Source: Patescibacteria group bacterium (GTDB taxonomy: Bacteria; Patescibacteriota; Microgenomatia; 0-14-0-10-38-17). Taken from it: DNA of 64,000 bases. The DNA lies in assembly GCA_050953885.1 (NCBI GenBank), contig JBMNNJ010000001.1:9137-73136 (forward strand). The letters run 5' to 3'. Below the pieces are notes generated by a model. That model saw nothing but the letters and a program-made list of their open reading frames with translations. It was not told the origin of the DNA and did no database searches. A program made the translations under genes and the position numbers. Within the stretch, counting starts at the first letter, position 1; each line of letters begins with the position of its first letter. This document shows positions 36,907 through 46,140 of this stretch, piece after piece.

Positions 36907-37172
36907 TGGGAGAAAGAATTTTTTCCGACGAGAACAGAATTTTTTTCTGCCAATGGTTTTTCCCGGCTCCTCTTAAAAATGAGAAAGGGAAAATGTTACC
37001 AGCTCCCAAAGAGGCAGTTTTAAAAAAAGAGGAACTGAAAAAAAATTGGCTGGGAGAAAAGGTTTTCTCGCAGGGAGTTCCCTGTGTTTCTCTTTCGCCG
37101 GCAATTATTAACGGCCAAACGGGTTATCAAGTCCGGGCGGAAATATTTATTAGCGGGGAAGAGAAAAATTGA
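36906..37172 (+). CDS. hypothetical small protein
   Basis: ORF only; start codon overlaps the xseB stop. Confidence 0.25.
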   Translation: MGERIFSDENRIFFCQWFFPAPLKNEKGKMLPAPKEAVLKKEELKKNWLGEKVFSQGVPCVSLSPAIINGQTGYQVRAEIFISGEEKN

Positions 37173-37197
37173 CCGATAATCAAATTATTAAGTATTT

Positions 37198-37437
37198 ATG
37201 TTTAAGGAATCAAGACCAGAGAGTCCCGAACTTGACAAGTTGCAAATGGCCGATTTACGGGATTTTTTTTCGAAGCGATCTTGGGAAGAGATAGAAAAAG
37301 ATTTTCAGCAATTAACTAACGATTGTGGAACTGACAAGGGGCCTTACAGTGCGGGGGGAATACCGGCTAATGCGGCTAAAGCCTATATTTTAATTCAGGA
37401 TATTCTTGCCGAAAGGGAAAATAAGGGCATGGTTTAG
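37198..37437 (+). CDS. hypothetical small protein
   Basis: ORF only. Confidence 0.25.
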   Translation: MFKESRPESPELDKLQMADLRDFFSKRSWEEIEKDFQQLTNDCGTDKGPYSAGGIPANAAKAYILIQDILAERENKGMV

Positions 37438-37476
37438 AAAAAGTTTAATCACATAATAACCGGTAATTTGTAAAAA

Positions 37477-37689
37477 ATGAATAACAGCGAAGAGGAAAGA
37501 AATATTAATCTTGCTCAAAAATTAACTCAAGCATGGCAAGAAATGATCGAATCCGGTCAGCTTTCTATTTATATGGCCATGAGCCACGAGGAGGTAAAGA
37601 AATTACAGGAAACCGATGAAGAAGAAATAGGCAAAAACGAGCACATTGTTGCTTATCTTCGCGCTGTTAGGAAAATGTGCCAAAAGTGA
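37477..37689 (+). CDS. hypothetical small protein
   Basis: ORF only. Confidence 0.25.
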   Translation: MNNSEEERNINLAQKLTQAWQEMIESGQLSIYMAMSHEEVKKLQETDEEEIGKNEHIVAYLRAVRKMCQK

Positions 37690-37690
37690 T

Positions 37691-38569
37691 TTAACCCTCG
37701 CAATTGGCTTCACATTGATAAGTGCGCGTCCAATCTCCATTAAGATCCACTTGCCACCGGCAGCCACAGGGCGCTTCAAGCTCATAGCCAAAACCCAACT
37801 TTGTTTGGCCAAGAGTATTGAGAGGAAAAGTTGTTTTTCGAAGCGCGTTTTTAATCATCTCGTCATTGGTAACCCAATAGCCATCTTTTTCATATTGACT
37901 TCTATTCCTTTTCAATAAGTCCTGAATCTGGCCTCTTCGCCAATAAGGGCCTTCTTCGAGAAGATTAACCGGTTTTCTTGGTTGCCACTCCTTAGGCATC
38001 CGTGCTCGCCAAACTAAAAAATTATTGATCTTATCGGTTTTCTTAGAAGAAGGCCGAGTTAAAATTTTTGCTTCCGCTAAACCTAAATCTTGTAAGATCC
38101 TCTTTCTTTTTTGGCTTTCCTTGGCTAATTCTTCGCGATTAAGACTTTCTTTGCGGGGAAAATTTTCAAAAATAAAAACCGGTGTATTTTCGGTTAGAAA
38201 GAGGTTCGCTGTTTCTAAGGTTTCTTTTTCTTGTTTTCCCCAAGAAGAACAAATCAACAGCGCCCCGCTTGTGCTTTCTGGTAGGGGGTCGTGTAAGGAA
38301 AATTGCGTTTCTTTCTGCCAGTTTTGGGGGTTAAAGGCAAAAGCGGTATTTTTTTGAAAATCCAAAAGAAGAGCGGGGATAGCGTTTTTTTGGCTTTTTT
38401 GAAGGCAGTTTTTCCACAAACGCTGGCTCTTCAAATAACAAGCTAAATCGGGATAATCTTCTTCTAAATTGCGGGGAATTTCAAATTGACCTTTTTGATC
38501 AATAAAATGAAACTGCTCTGGGGAAGAAAATTCGGAACGATTTTGCGGTAAACCTTTTTCTTTATTCAT
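37691..38569 (-). CDS. hypothetical protein (Cys-rich C-terminus CGCRWQVDLNGDWTRTYQCEANCEG)
   Basis: ORF only. Confidence 0.35.
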   Translation of the reverse strand: MNKEKGLPQNRSEFSSPEQFHFIDQKGQFEIPRNLEEDYPDLACYLKSQRLWKNCLQKSQKNAIPALLLDFQKNTAFAFNPQNWQKETQFSLHDPLPESTSGALLICSSWGKQEKETLETANLFLTENTPVFIFENFPRKESLNREELAKESQKRKRILQDLGLAEAKILTRPSSKKTDKINNFLVWRARMPKEWQPRKPVNLLEEGPYWRRGQIQDLLKRNRSQYEKDGYWVTNDEMIKNALRKTTFPLNTLGQTKLGFGYELEAPCGCRWQVDLNGDWTRTYQCEANCEG

Positions 38570-38573
38570 TTTT

Positions 38574-39071
38574 TTAACTGAAAACTTTTTCCGGCGGGAA
38601 AAGATTGGTTTTATCCGTTAATGATTGCCAACGGCCCCATAATTGCAAATGGAGGGCGGTTAATTCTTCATCGGGAAAATCGTACTTTCCCTCTTTAAGG
38701 ATGCCAATTGTTTCTCCCAAGTCAGGATTTTCGGCGGTTAGAAGCAAAGGCGCTTTTTGGGTTTTTAAAAACAAATCGGCCCGGCCATCGCGCAAGCCTT
38801 GAATGAGGCCATAAAGAAAAGAATAAGCCTCCCTTTGTTGAGAGATATTACCAAAAAGTTTAATCGTTGCCATCTCGTTTTCTACGGCAACGCCCAAAAC
38901 CTGCCCCCTTTCTTCCAAGCCTGCCAAAACCCTTTTGGGGATTCTTAAAGTTAAGGCCGCTTCGCTTAAGGGAAAAGTTACTTGTTTTTCCGGCCTTCCT
39001 TCTTCAACAATTTTTCTTATTTTTCCTAAATTTTCGCCTGCACGGCGCATCCTCTCCAGCCTGTTGGCCAT
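38574..39071 (-). CDS. hypothetical protein
   Basis: ORF only; 5 bp downstream-adjacent to 37691-38569 (operon). Confidence 0.35.
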   Translation of the reverse strand: MANRLERMRRAGENLGKIRKIVEEGRPEKQVTFPLSEAALTLRIPKRVLAGLEERGQVLGVAVENEMATIKLFGNISQQREAYSFLYGLIQGLRDGRADLFLKTQKAPLLLTAENPDLGETIGILKEGKYDFPDEELTALHLQLWGRWQSLTDKTNLFPPEKVFS

Positions 39072-39142
39072 ATAACTTATATTTTACCACAGGTATTAAG
39101 GTCTTGACAAAAAAATTGTAATTTGTTACAGTTTTTTTAGTT

Positions 39143-39964
39143 ATGAAAAATAGATTAATTTTTGTCTTGTTAGCGACGGGGTTGCTTTTAAGCGCGGGTA
39201 AAGTGGTGGCGCAGAACAAAATAGAAGCGGGGGATAATAAAGCGGCGGTCGAAACAATAAGGCAGGAAGAAAGAGAGGAGATAAGACAAGAAGTAGGAAC
39301 AGCGGTAGAAACGGGGGAAAAGACAAGAGAGGAAGCAAGGGAAGAAATAAGAATGGAGGAAAGGGAGAATTTAAAAGAGGCAAGAGTGGAGTCAGTAAGG
39401 CAGGTGAGACAGACCCGTCAGGAAACGCGGGAAAATATCGAGAGAATTCGTGAGGAAAATAGAGGTTTAATTGAGCAAAGGAAATTAACACTAAAAGAAC
39501 AGTTAGGGGTTTTGCAAGACCAAAGAAAAGCTCCGATAGTAGAAAGAATTTATGATAATTTAAACCGGCTTAATGACCAAATCGTTACTCAGCTTTTGGC
39601 AAAAATTGACCAAATAGAAGAGGTTTTGGAAAGGGTGAAAAGCCGCACTGATAAGGCGCAAGAGGCGGGTTTGGACGTAAGCGGGGTAAGAGAAGCAATT
39701 GTTGTTGCCGAGGAGGCGATTGAGAACGCGCGCGCTGCTGCCGAAACGCAGGCAGGAAATGTTTATGAAATAACTATCGGTGATGAGGCAAGCTTAAGAA
39801 CGGATATCAAACCGGTGCGAGACCAGTTGCAAAGTGATTTAGAGGCCTTGCGGCAGAAAGTGGTTTTGGCAAGGGAAGCGGTGCGGGAGGCGGTTACCGC
39901 TTTGGCTCAAGTCCGCGGGATAGAAGGCTTAGAAATTTCTCCTTCAGCAGAAGAAACCGAATAA
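39143..39964 (+). CDS. secreted coiled-coil repeat protein (E/R-rich)
   Basis: Signal peptide; repeated EEREEIRQE / REEAREEIRME / RQETRENIERIREE heptad-like repeats. Confidence 0.45.
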   Translation: MKNRLIFVLLATGLLLSAGKVVAQNKIEAGDNKAAVETIRQEEREEIRQEVGTAVETGEKTREEAREEIRMEERENLKEARVESVRQVRQTRQETRENIERIREENRGLIEQRKLTLKEQLGVLQDQRKAPIVERIYDNLNRLNDQIVTQLLAKIDQIEEVLERVKSRTDKAQEAGLDVSGVREAIVVAEEAIENARAAAETQAGNVYEITIGDEASLRTDIKPVRDQLQSDLEALRQKVVLAREAVREAVTALAQVRGIEGLEISPSAEETE

Positions 39965-39967
39965 AAA

Positions 39968-40219
39968 ATGAAAAATAAAAAAACACTCATTATTATTTTG
40001 GTAGCGCTGATTCTTTTTTTGGCCGGCGGTTTTGTCCGTTTAAAGAACCAGAAACAATTATTAGTTGAAGAGGAAGAAAGGAAGAGTTTAGAACAAGAAG
40101 CCCAACAAATAGAAGCGACTGACAGCGTGGCAGAAGCAGAAGCTCTTTTAGACCAAATTGAAATTGAAGGCTTGGATGATGATTTTGAAGTGATTGACAA
40201 AGATTTAGACCAACTTTAA
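39968..40219 (+). CDS. small membrane-anchored acidic protein
   Basis: N-terminal TM LIIILVALILFLAGGF; acidic tail. Confidence 0.3.
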   Translation: MKNKKTLIIILVALILFLAGGFVRLKNQKQLLVEEEERKSLEQEAQQIEATDSVAEAEALLDQIEIEGLDDDFEVIDKDLDQL

Positions 40220-40650
40220 GCTTCTTCGTTTTTCTTCGAAGTGTGTTTTTGGGATAAAAGTTTTTCGCCCGCTAATTTTTTAAGCCTTTTGTCAAAAGAA
40301 TATAATTTTCTCTTTTGGTTAAAAGACAATGATAAAAGATAAGCGTCGACAAAAGAAATATTTTCGTTTCGCCAAAGATCAATTGCTTGCCGCAACACTT
40401 TGCGATGCAAAGAAAATTTGTCAAAAGCCAACATTGCTTCTAGTTTTTCAATCACCGTTTTTTTATCTAATTGGTAAAAGGAAAGGAGCACCCAAACAAT
40501 TTCGGTTAAGACAAAATCGGGAATAACCAACTCATTTTCTTGAGCTTCAAGAAAGATTCTTTTTGCCTTTTGAGCAAGAAGGGGATTATCTTCAGCAAGA
40601 AAGCGGACTACCACATTAGTGTCTAGAAGCTTTTTTTTCTTTTTCTCCAT
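40216..40650 (-). CDS. vapC: PIN-domain toxin (VapC-like)
   Basis: LLDTNVVVRFL N-terminal acidic PIN motif, internal DFVLTEIVWVL, later D in DAYLLS. Confidence 0.7.
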   Translation of the reverse strand: MEKKKKKLLDTNVVVRFLAEDNPLLAQKAKRIFLEAQENELVIPDFVLTEIVWVLLSFYQLDKKTVIEKLEAMLAFDKFSLHRKVLRQAIDLWRNENISFVDAYLLSLSFNQKRKLYSFDKRLKKLAGEKLLSQKHTSKKNEEA

Positions 40651-40897
40651 ATTCTTTAGCCAAATATTGTCCTACTGCTTTATCCACTTTTTTATCGGTA
40701 TATTTCTGGCCTTTAATAGAGCCTTGCATGGCCATAAAGCTAGGCGCTGGTTTTAAAACAATTTCTTGTTTTTTTCTTAGGATAATAACCTTATCCTTTG
40801 GCAAAAGACCTAAAAATTCTCTCACCGGTTGGGGAAGAGTTATTTGTCCTTTTTGGGTAATCGTGGTGATATAAGACATGGTAATTATAATATACAC
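40616..40897 (-). CDS. vapB: AbrB/SpoVT/MazE-type antitoxin (VapB-like)
   Basis: ITTITQKGQITLPQPVREFLGL swapped-hairpin motif; overlaps the vapC start. Confidence 0.6.
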   Translation of the reverse strand: MYIIITMSYITTITQKGQITLPQPVREFLGLLPKDKVIILRKKQEIVLKPAPSFMAMQGSIKGQKYTDKKVDKAVGQYLAKEYGEKEKKASRH

Positions 40898-41321
40898 GAT
40901 TTCCTACTTTATTTCAATAAGTAAGGAATAAATTTTATATGATTAATGGAACATCCTAAAGCATTTTTAAGTTGAAGACAAAGATAATTTTCAATTTCCG
41001 CAAGTTAAAATATGATGTAACGCTTGTTGCGCAATAGCCTCTGTTAAGACAAAGAGGCTCTGGAAATGTCTTTTGTTTGTCATGATTTTCCCCCTTTGCT
41101 TTTATTTTTACTCTTGTATCCCTGATATAGTCCACTGATAAAGAAAATTAATTATAAATATAAATAAAATTAGTCCCTGCTAAGAAAAAGAACTAAAACT
41201 GCTTTTAACCAACTCAAGCTAAAATTCAATTAAGTTTTAATTATAAACGCTTACGACTTGTGGAAAGCCTGGGCTATCCCCGGCGTGTCTATTCGGTTCA
41301 CACCCACGTCGCTTTGCCAAA

Positions 41322-41370
41322 ATAAAGGCGGGCAAAAAATTCTTCTTTTGAAAGAATTTTACCCGCCTTT
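41322..41370 (-). terminator. rho-independent terminator downstream of the RRM-protein gene
   Basis: Stem ggcgggcaaaaaattctt / aagaattttacccgcc; on the minus strand it is followed by uuuauuuugg. Confidence 0.6.
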
Positions 41371-41455
41371 CTCGGATATCCTTGTTACTCTAAATTAAAA
41401 CAAACTTGGTTTCTTAATAGAGACAGGAATTTATCCTTAAAGATTGCCGAAGATT

Positions 41456-41746
41456 TTATCTTCGGTTGTTTTGGTAACCTCGGTCTTGACCTCTGGTTTC
41501 CTCTTGAGGACGAGCATCGTTAACCGAAATCGCCCGGCCATCAAGTTCCTTACCATTAAGCTCTTTTTTGGCTCTTTCCGCATCAGCGTCTTCCATCTCG
41601 ACAAAACCGAAACCGCGAGAGCGACCGGACATGCGATCGGTAATAACACTTGCGGAAATTACATTGCCAACCTGAGAGAAAAAATCTCTTAAGGAGTCAT
41701 TAGTGGTGTTCCAGGAAAGGTTACCAACAAAAAGTTTCTTTGCCAT
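41456..41746 (-). CDS. RRM-type RNA-binding protein
   Basis: RNP2 LFVGNL and RNP1 RGFGFVEM motifs. Confidence 0.8.
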   Translation of the reverse strand: MAKKLFVGNLSWNTTNDSLRDFFSQVGNVISASVITDRMSGRSRGFGFVEMEDADAERAKKELNGKELDGRAISVNDARPQEETRGQDRGYQNNRR

Positions 41747-41974
41747 TATTTTTCACCTCCTTTTGGGATAAACAGAAAGTTTGAAGATTGCACTAATTTG
41801 GTAAACCTTTATTTGGGCCAAAGCCTAAGAGAATTCCTAAAATGAAGAGTTAAAACCGGCGATTGAATTTTTGGGCATGGTTAGCAAGCGGTTGGGTTGT
41901 AGGGAGAAACGAAGTTTTCCTACTTGTGCGCTTCTTTAAATAAATTATAACTTAATTATTTTGAAAATCAAGAG

Positions 41975-43203
41975 GGAAATGTGCGGTGTCCAGGACATGC
42001 TATACACTTCATGAGGTTTGGGTATGAGGAATATGTAAGAAGAGTGTTAAAATTGGTGGGTGTTAATTTTGAGAGTGTAGTAAAGGGGGTGAAAAAGCAT
42101 GAGTCCTGGAATCCATGGAATCCGGATAGACTACAAGGAATTAAGAAAGATTAATCCAGAAGCAGCCAGACAAACAGTGATTGAGTATCTAAAGACTAAT
42201 GGCCACAACATTGCTGATACCGCCAGGGTTTTTAGGGTCAACAGGACAGTGGTTTATGACATCTTGGCAAAAAGCAAAGAGGGCAATCTTAAAGACAGAC
42301 CCAAGATACCAAAACACCAGCCCAACAAGACACCAGCCAAGACAGAAGGTAAAGTCATTAAGGCCAAGAACAAAACCCACCTGGGGCCAAAAAGATTATC
42401 ACGCTACCTTGAGAAACATGAAGGGATTCTTGTTCCTCCAGGAACAATCAGGCACATTCTAAGGAGGAATAAAGACAGGCTTACTTACAAACTAAAATCA
42501 AACAAGAGAAGAAAACAACCAAGGGAGTTTGTTGACTGGTATTCAGCTAAACCTTTTGAGATTGTCCAAATGGATATCAAATTCATTAGGGATCAGAAAG
42601 CCCTGACTAAAAAGCAAATTATTCATCTTAACCAATATGATATTCCCAACTATCAATGGGGAGCCCTGGATGTTAACTCTAGGTTTAAACTAATTGCTTA
42701 TTCCAAGGAAAAATCTTGGACTAATGGTTTGTGTTTTTACCTTTGGACTATTTCCTGGTTAAGGTCTCATGGGGTTAAATCAGAGATTGCCTTTACTGTT
42801 GATAATGGTGAGGAATTTGGGGGTAGATCCTGGTTGAAGGTCAAAGAGTTAAGAAAACTGATCAGGGGTTTTGGCTGTAGATTAATCCAGAACCACAAAG
42901 GTCATCCTGAGGAGAATGCTCATTTGGAAAGAAGCCATAGAACCGATGACGAAGAGTTCTACATTCCCAGGGTCCTACAGATTAAGAGCAAAAAAGATCT
43001 CTTGAATGAGGCCCTGGGTTACATTTATTACTACAACAATGTCCGGGAACACTCATCCTTAGACTATCAAATACCCTACCAATATCTGAAAATGCAATTA
43101 CCAGAGATTGATGATAACATACGTTATGTACAACCGATTATCCTTGATGATGTCTCGGTAAAACTAGGCCCTTGGAGTGGATACAATGTCTTGGCACATC
43201 ACC
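41975..43203 (+). mobile_element. IS element copy 2 (identical to copy 1, opposite orientation)
   Basis: Identity with 26483-27716 reverse complement begins at about 41975 (gggaaatgtgcgg) and ends at about 43203 (cacatcacc). Confidence 0.8.
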
Positions 43204-43322
43204 GAAATTGTTTTCCCGTCCAATCATGGTATTTTTCCTCAACCATTTGGCGTTCTTTTTCAACTCGTTGGTGGCGTTTTTCTAATTCGGCAGGAATAAC
43301 TTTTTTATTTTTCTTTAAATAA
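42099..43322 (+). CDS. DDE transposase, copy 2 (the ORF reads through the IS end; the in-element protein ends near 43205)
   Basis: Identical to the 26480-27592 product for about 367 aa; the last about 40 codons lie outside the IS and overlap iscU. Confidence 0.75.
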   Translation: MSPGIHGIRIDYKELRKINPEAARQTVIEYLKTNGHNIADTARVFRVNRTVVYDILAKSKEGNLKDRPKIPKHQPNKTPAKTEGKVIKAKNKTHLGPKRLSRYLEKHEGILVPPGTIRHILRRNKDRLTYKLKSNKRRKQPREFVDWYSAKPFEIVQMDIKFIRDQKALTKKQIIHLNQYDIPNYQWGALDVNSRFKLIAYSKEKSWTNGLCFYLWTISWLRSHGVKSEIAFTVDNGEEFGGRSWLKVKELRKLIRGFGCRLIQNHKGHPEENAHLERSHRTDDEEFYIPRVLQIKSKKDLLNEALGYIYYYNNVREHSSLDYQIPYQYLKMQLPEIDDNIRYVQPIILDDVSVKLGPWSGYNVLAHHRNCFPVQSWYFSSTIWRSFSTRWWRFSNSAGITFLFFFK

Positions 43323-44755
43323 TTATAAATTGCTTCGCTTAAGGCATCGGCGGCCAAAACCGAGCAGTGAATTTTTACCGGCGGCAAGCCTCCCAAGGAA
43401 TCAACGATTTCTTTTTGGCTAATTTTAAGAGCTTCGTCAAGGGTTTTGCCTTTGGCCATTTCGGTAATTTTTACGCTGGTGGCAATGGCGGCCACACAAT
43501 TATGGACAACATAGCCTCTTACTAAATAAGATTCAGAATGATTACTCATTTCAAGATTTGCTACTAAGCCCTGGTATTTTTTTAGTTTTATTTCTTTTAT
43601 CGGGACAAGAAAATGGTTATCAATATAATGGAAAAAGTGTTTTTTCCGTTTTAATCGGAAAGATATCTCATAAATAGGTTTAGCATTTATTTTCCTTCCT
43701 TCAATGTAATTTCTATTAGAGTAATTGCCTTCCTTGATAGACGAGAAAATTCCCCCCCTTGACAATATTTCTTGGATTTGGATGGCTAACTTCCTGGAGG
43801 CAGTTGCTACCCTATAGGTTTTAAAATCTTGAGGACGACGATGATATTCGTTGCCATCACCATTAAGGTATCCCGTAATCATTTGCCATTGTTTAGAAAA
43901 AGGGAGGAGAAGAATTTCTTCAGAAAGCCTCTTTTTATAGGCATACTTGCCGACGACAGAATTAAAGAACTTAGCCCATTTTCTAGAACAAAAATATATT
44001 TCACAAACATTTTTTCTTATCCTGAAGCTAGCATTCTTACCAGTAATATTTTTAATTAACTGTCTAACTTCATTGATAAGTTTTTTTTCTTTTTTGTTGA
44101 AGGCGAACGCAACAGCTCCATCATTGGCGATAAGATAGCCCTCGGCAAGATAATAACCCAAAAGCAGAAGCAACTCTTTAGAGTAAAATTTTGAATCCTT
44201 TATGGTTGTATTTGGCTGGTAAATGATATAGTCTCCCGGTTTCAGCTTGAATGCAGGGATAAATTCTGGCGATTGTTGTTTAAGTTTTTCGTGGTCTATT
44301 CTTAGCCAAGCGCTACCGCTTTTTCTGCTCAAGGGAATTTTATCTCTTTTAATAGCTAGCACAGGATGATCGGGTGTTATTGAAAATTTATTTAAGCGTG
44401 AGACAAAAGGAATAATCTCTAATATTTGGCCGTCATATTTACGGATAGATTTTCTTTTAACCTTGGTCTTAATTCCTCTTCCGTCTAAAACAAAGTCAAA
44501 ATTTTTGAAATTACCAATTTTTTCCCAATCTCCTTCATTAGCTAAAATTTCTTCTTCAAGTGGCAGACAGCCAAAAGTCTCAAATTTGATATCTTTAATA
44601 ATTTCCTCACCTTTGGCGTTTTTGCCTATTTTAAGATAAAGTTGCATCACATCGCCACAGACAATATTGCCCACTTTGCCCACGCCGTCCGGGTTTTTAA
44701 TTCGGCCGTAGTTTTTAACATTACGGAAGGCTTTTAAAACTTGTTGATTGTACAT
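43199..44755 (-). CDS. iscU: Fe-S cluster assembly scaffold IscU/NifU containing a large intein
   Basis: Exteins: MYNQQVLKAFRNVKNYGRIKNPDGVGKVGNIVCGDVMQLYLKI...IKFETFG + CVAAIATSVKITEMAKGKTLDEALK...VKIHCSVLAADAL reconstruct a canonical IscU (conserved Cys x3); downstream of iscS. Confidence 0.8.
   Translation of the reverse strand: MYNQQVLKAFRNVKNYGRIKNPDGVGKVGNIVCGDVMQLYLKIGKNAKGEEIIKDIKFETFGCLPLEEEILANEGDWEKIGNFKNFDFVLDGRGIKTKVKRKSIRKYDGQILEIIPFVSRLNKFSITPDHPVLAIKRDKIPLSRKSGSAWLRIDHEKLKQQSPEFIPAFKLKPGDYIIYQPNTTIKDSKFYSKELLLLLGYYLAEGYLIANDGAVAFAFNKKEKKLINEVRQLIKNITGKNASFRIRKNVCEIYFCSRKWAKFFNSVVGKYAYKKRLSEEILLLPFSKQWQMITGYLNGDGNEYHRRPQDFKTYRVATASRKLAIQIQEILSRGGIFSSIKEGNYSNRNYIEGRKINAKPIYEISFRLKRKKHFFHYIDNHFLVPIKEIKLKKYQGLVANLEMSNHSESYLVRGYVVHNCVAAIATSVKITEMAKGKTLDEALKISQKEIVDSLGGLPPVKIHCSVLAADALSEAIYNYLKKNKKVIPAELEKRHQRVEKERQMVEEKYHDWTGKQFR
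43499..44569 (-). other. intein of 357 aa with LAGLIDADG homing-endonuclease domain, inserted before the conserved IscU active-site Cys
   Basis: Starts CLPLEE (Cys1), block B TPDHPV, two LAGLIDADG-like motifs (LLLGYYLAEGYL; GYLNGDGNE), ends VVHN followed by +1 Cys. Confidence 0.75.
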
Positions 44756-44756
44756 G

Positions 44757-44885
44757 AAAAAAATTCAAAATTCAAAAGTCAAAATTCAAAAGTGCAAGTA
44801 AAAATTTAAAATTAAAACAAAAAACTTTTGACTTTTAACTTTTACATTTTGAATTTGTTTGCGATTTATCCGATAGTTAGCCTCG
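44757..44885. repeat. AAAAG-heptamer palindromic intergenic element (between iscS and iscU)
   Basis: aaaattcaaaagtcaaaattcaaaagtgcaagtaaaaatt mirrored by aacttttgacttttaacttttacattttgaattt. Confidence 0.65.
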
Positions 44886-44917
44886 CCCTATACGATGCGG
44901 GATTTTAATCTTTGTTT

Positions 44918-46084
44918 TTATTTCCCTTTTCCAAAAGGCGAAAGGCGCCTTAGTTTGGCGATCACTTTAGGTAAAACTTCTAACACTTTATCAATTTCTC
45001 CCTCCGTTGTCCAGCGGCCTAAGGAAAGCCTTAAAGAGCCGTGGGCTTCCTGCGGCGCTAAACCGCAAGCTAAAAGAACATGGCTTGGTTCCAGTTTTGG
45101 CGAGGAGCAGGCCGAAGCGGTGGAGGCGGCAATACCGTAACGGTCTAGTTCAAAAATAATCGCCTCGCCCTCCACAAATTCAAACCAGAAATTAACATTA
45201 TTGGCTAGCCTTTTTTGAGGATGGCCGTTAAGATGAGCGCCGGGGATGGTTTCCAAGACGCCTTCAATTAGCTTATCGCGCAAATGGGTAATTTTTTTGT
45301 TTTCCTCATTCATATTCTCCAAGGCAATGCTCACCGCCTTGGCAAAACCCACAATGGCGGGAATATTGACGGTAGAAGAGCGTTTACCAAATTCCTGGCC
45401 GCCGCCATGAAGAAGCGGCTCGATAGCCACGCCCTGCCTTAAATAAAGGCAGGCGGCGCCTTTGGGGCCGTAAATTTTATGAGAAGAAGCGGTAAGAAGA
45501 TCAATATTGTCTTTTTTAACATCAAGGGGGATTTTCCCTAAGGTTTGGGCGGCGTCGGTATGAAAATAAGCGCCGTGTTTTTGGCAAATTTTGCCAATTT
45601 CGGCAATGGGTTCAATGGTGCCGATTTCGTTGTTAGCATGCATAATGGAAACAAGAATGGTGTCTTTTTTGATTTTTGCCCCTACCTCCTGAGGAGAAAC
45701 TAAACCATCGCGATCAACGTTAACTTTTTCCACGATAAAGCCTTGGCTTTCAAGCCAGCGGGCACTTTCCAAAACACAGGGATGTTCAATGGCGGAAACT
45801 AAAAGATGGCGGCCACGTTGGCGGTTGGCAAAAGCAATTCCTTTCAGGGCGAAATTATTGCTCTCGGTGGCGGAACCGGTGAAGATGATTTCCTCCGGGT
45901 TGGCGTTGATGGCCTGAGCAAGAGTTTGCCGGCTTTTTTCTAAAGCTTTCTGGGCTTCTTGGCCAAAAAAGTGGAGAGAGGTGGAATTGCCAAATTTTTG
46001 CCGCCAGAAAGGCCGCATCGCCGTTAAAACTCGTTTATCCACCGGCGTCGTTGCGGCGTAGTCAAGATAAATGCGGTGTTTCAT
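44918..46084 (-). CDS. iscS: cysteine desulfurase (IscS/NifS, class V aminotransferase)
   Basis: IYLDYAATTP start, PLP-lysine region SSHKIYGPKG, C-terminal active Cys loop (ASTASACSS). Confidence 0.85.
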   Translation of the reverse strand: MKHRIYLDYAATTPVDKRVLTAMRPFWRQKFGNSTSLHFFGQEAQKALEKSRQTLAQAINANPEEIIFTGSATESNNFALKGIAFANRQRGRHLLVSAIEHPCVLESARWLESQGFIVEKVNVDRDGLVSPQEVGAKIKKDTILVSIMHANNEIGTIEPIAEIGKICQKHGAYFHTDAAQTLGKIPLDVKKDNIDLLTASSHKIYGPKGAACLYLRQGVAIEPLLHGGGQEFGKRSSTVNIPAIVGFAKAVSIALENMNEENKKITHLRDKLIEGVLETIPGAHLNGHPQKRLANNVNFWFEFVEGEAIIFELDRYGIAASTASACSSPKLEPSHVLLACGLAPQEAHGSLRLSLGRWTTEGEIDKVLEVLPKVIAKLRRLSPFGKGK

Positions 46085-46140
46085 GATAATGAGCTTTTTT
46101 GGTCTTATTTTACTTATTATTATAAGCTTGAGTTATAGAG

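Noticed and set aside
43204-43322. C-terminal 40 codons of the transposase ORF at 42099-43322 as genuine coding sequence
   Set aside because: Copy 1 of the identical IS terminates about 37 codons earlier. The extension lies outside the repeated element and antisense to iscU, so it is a read-through artefact.
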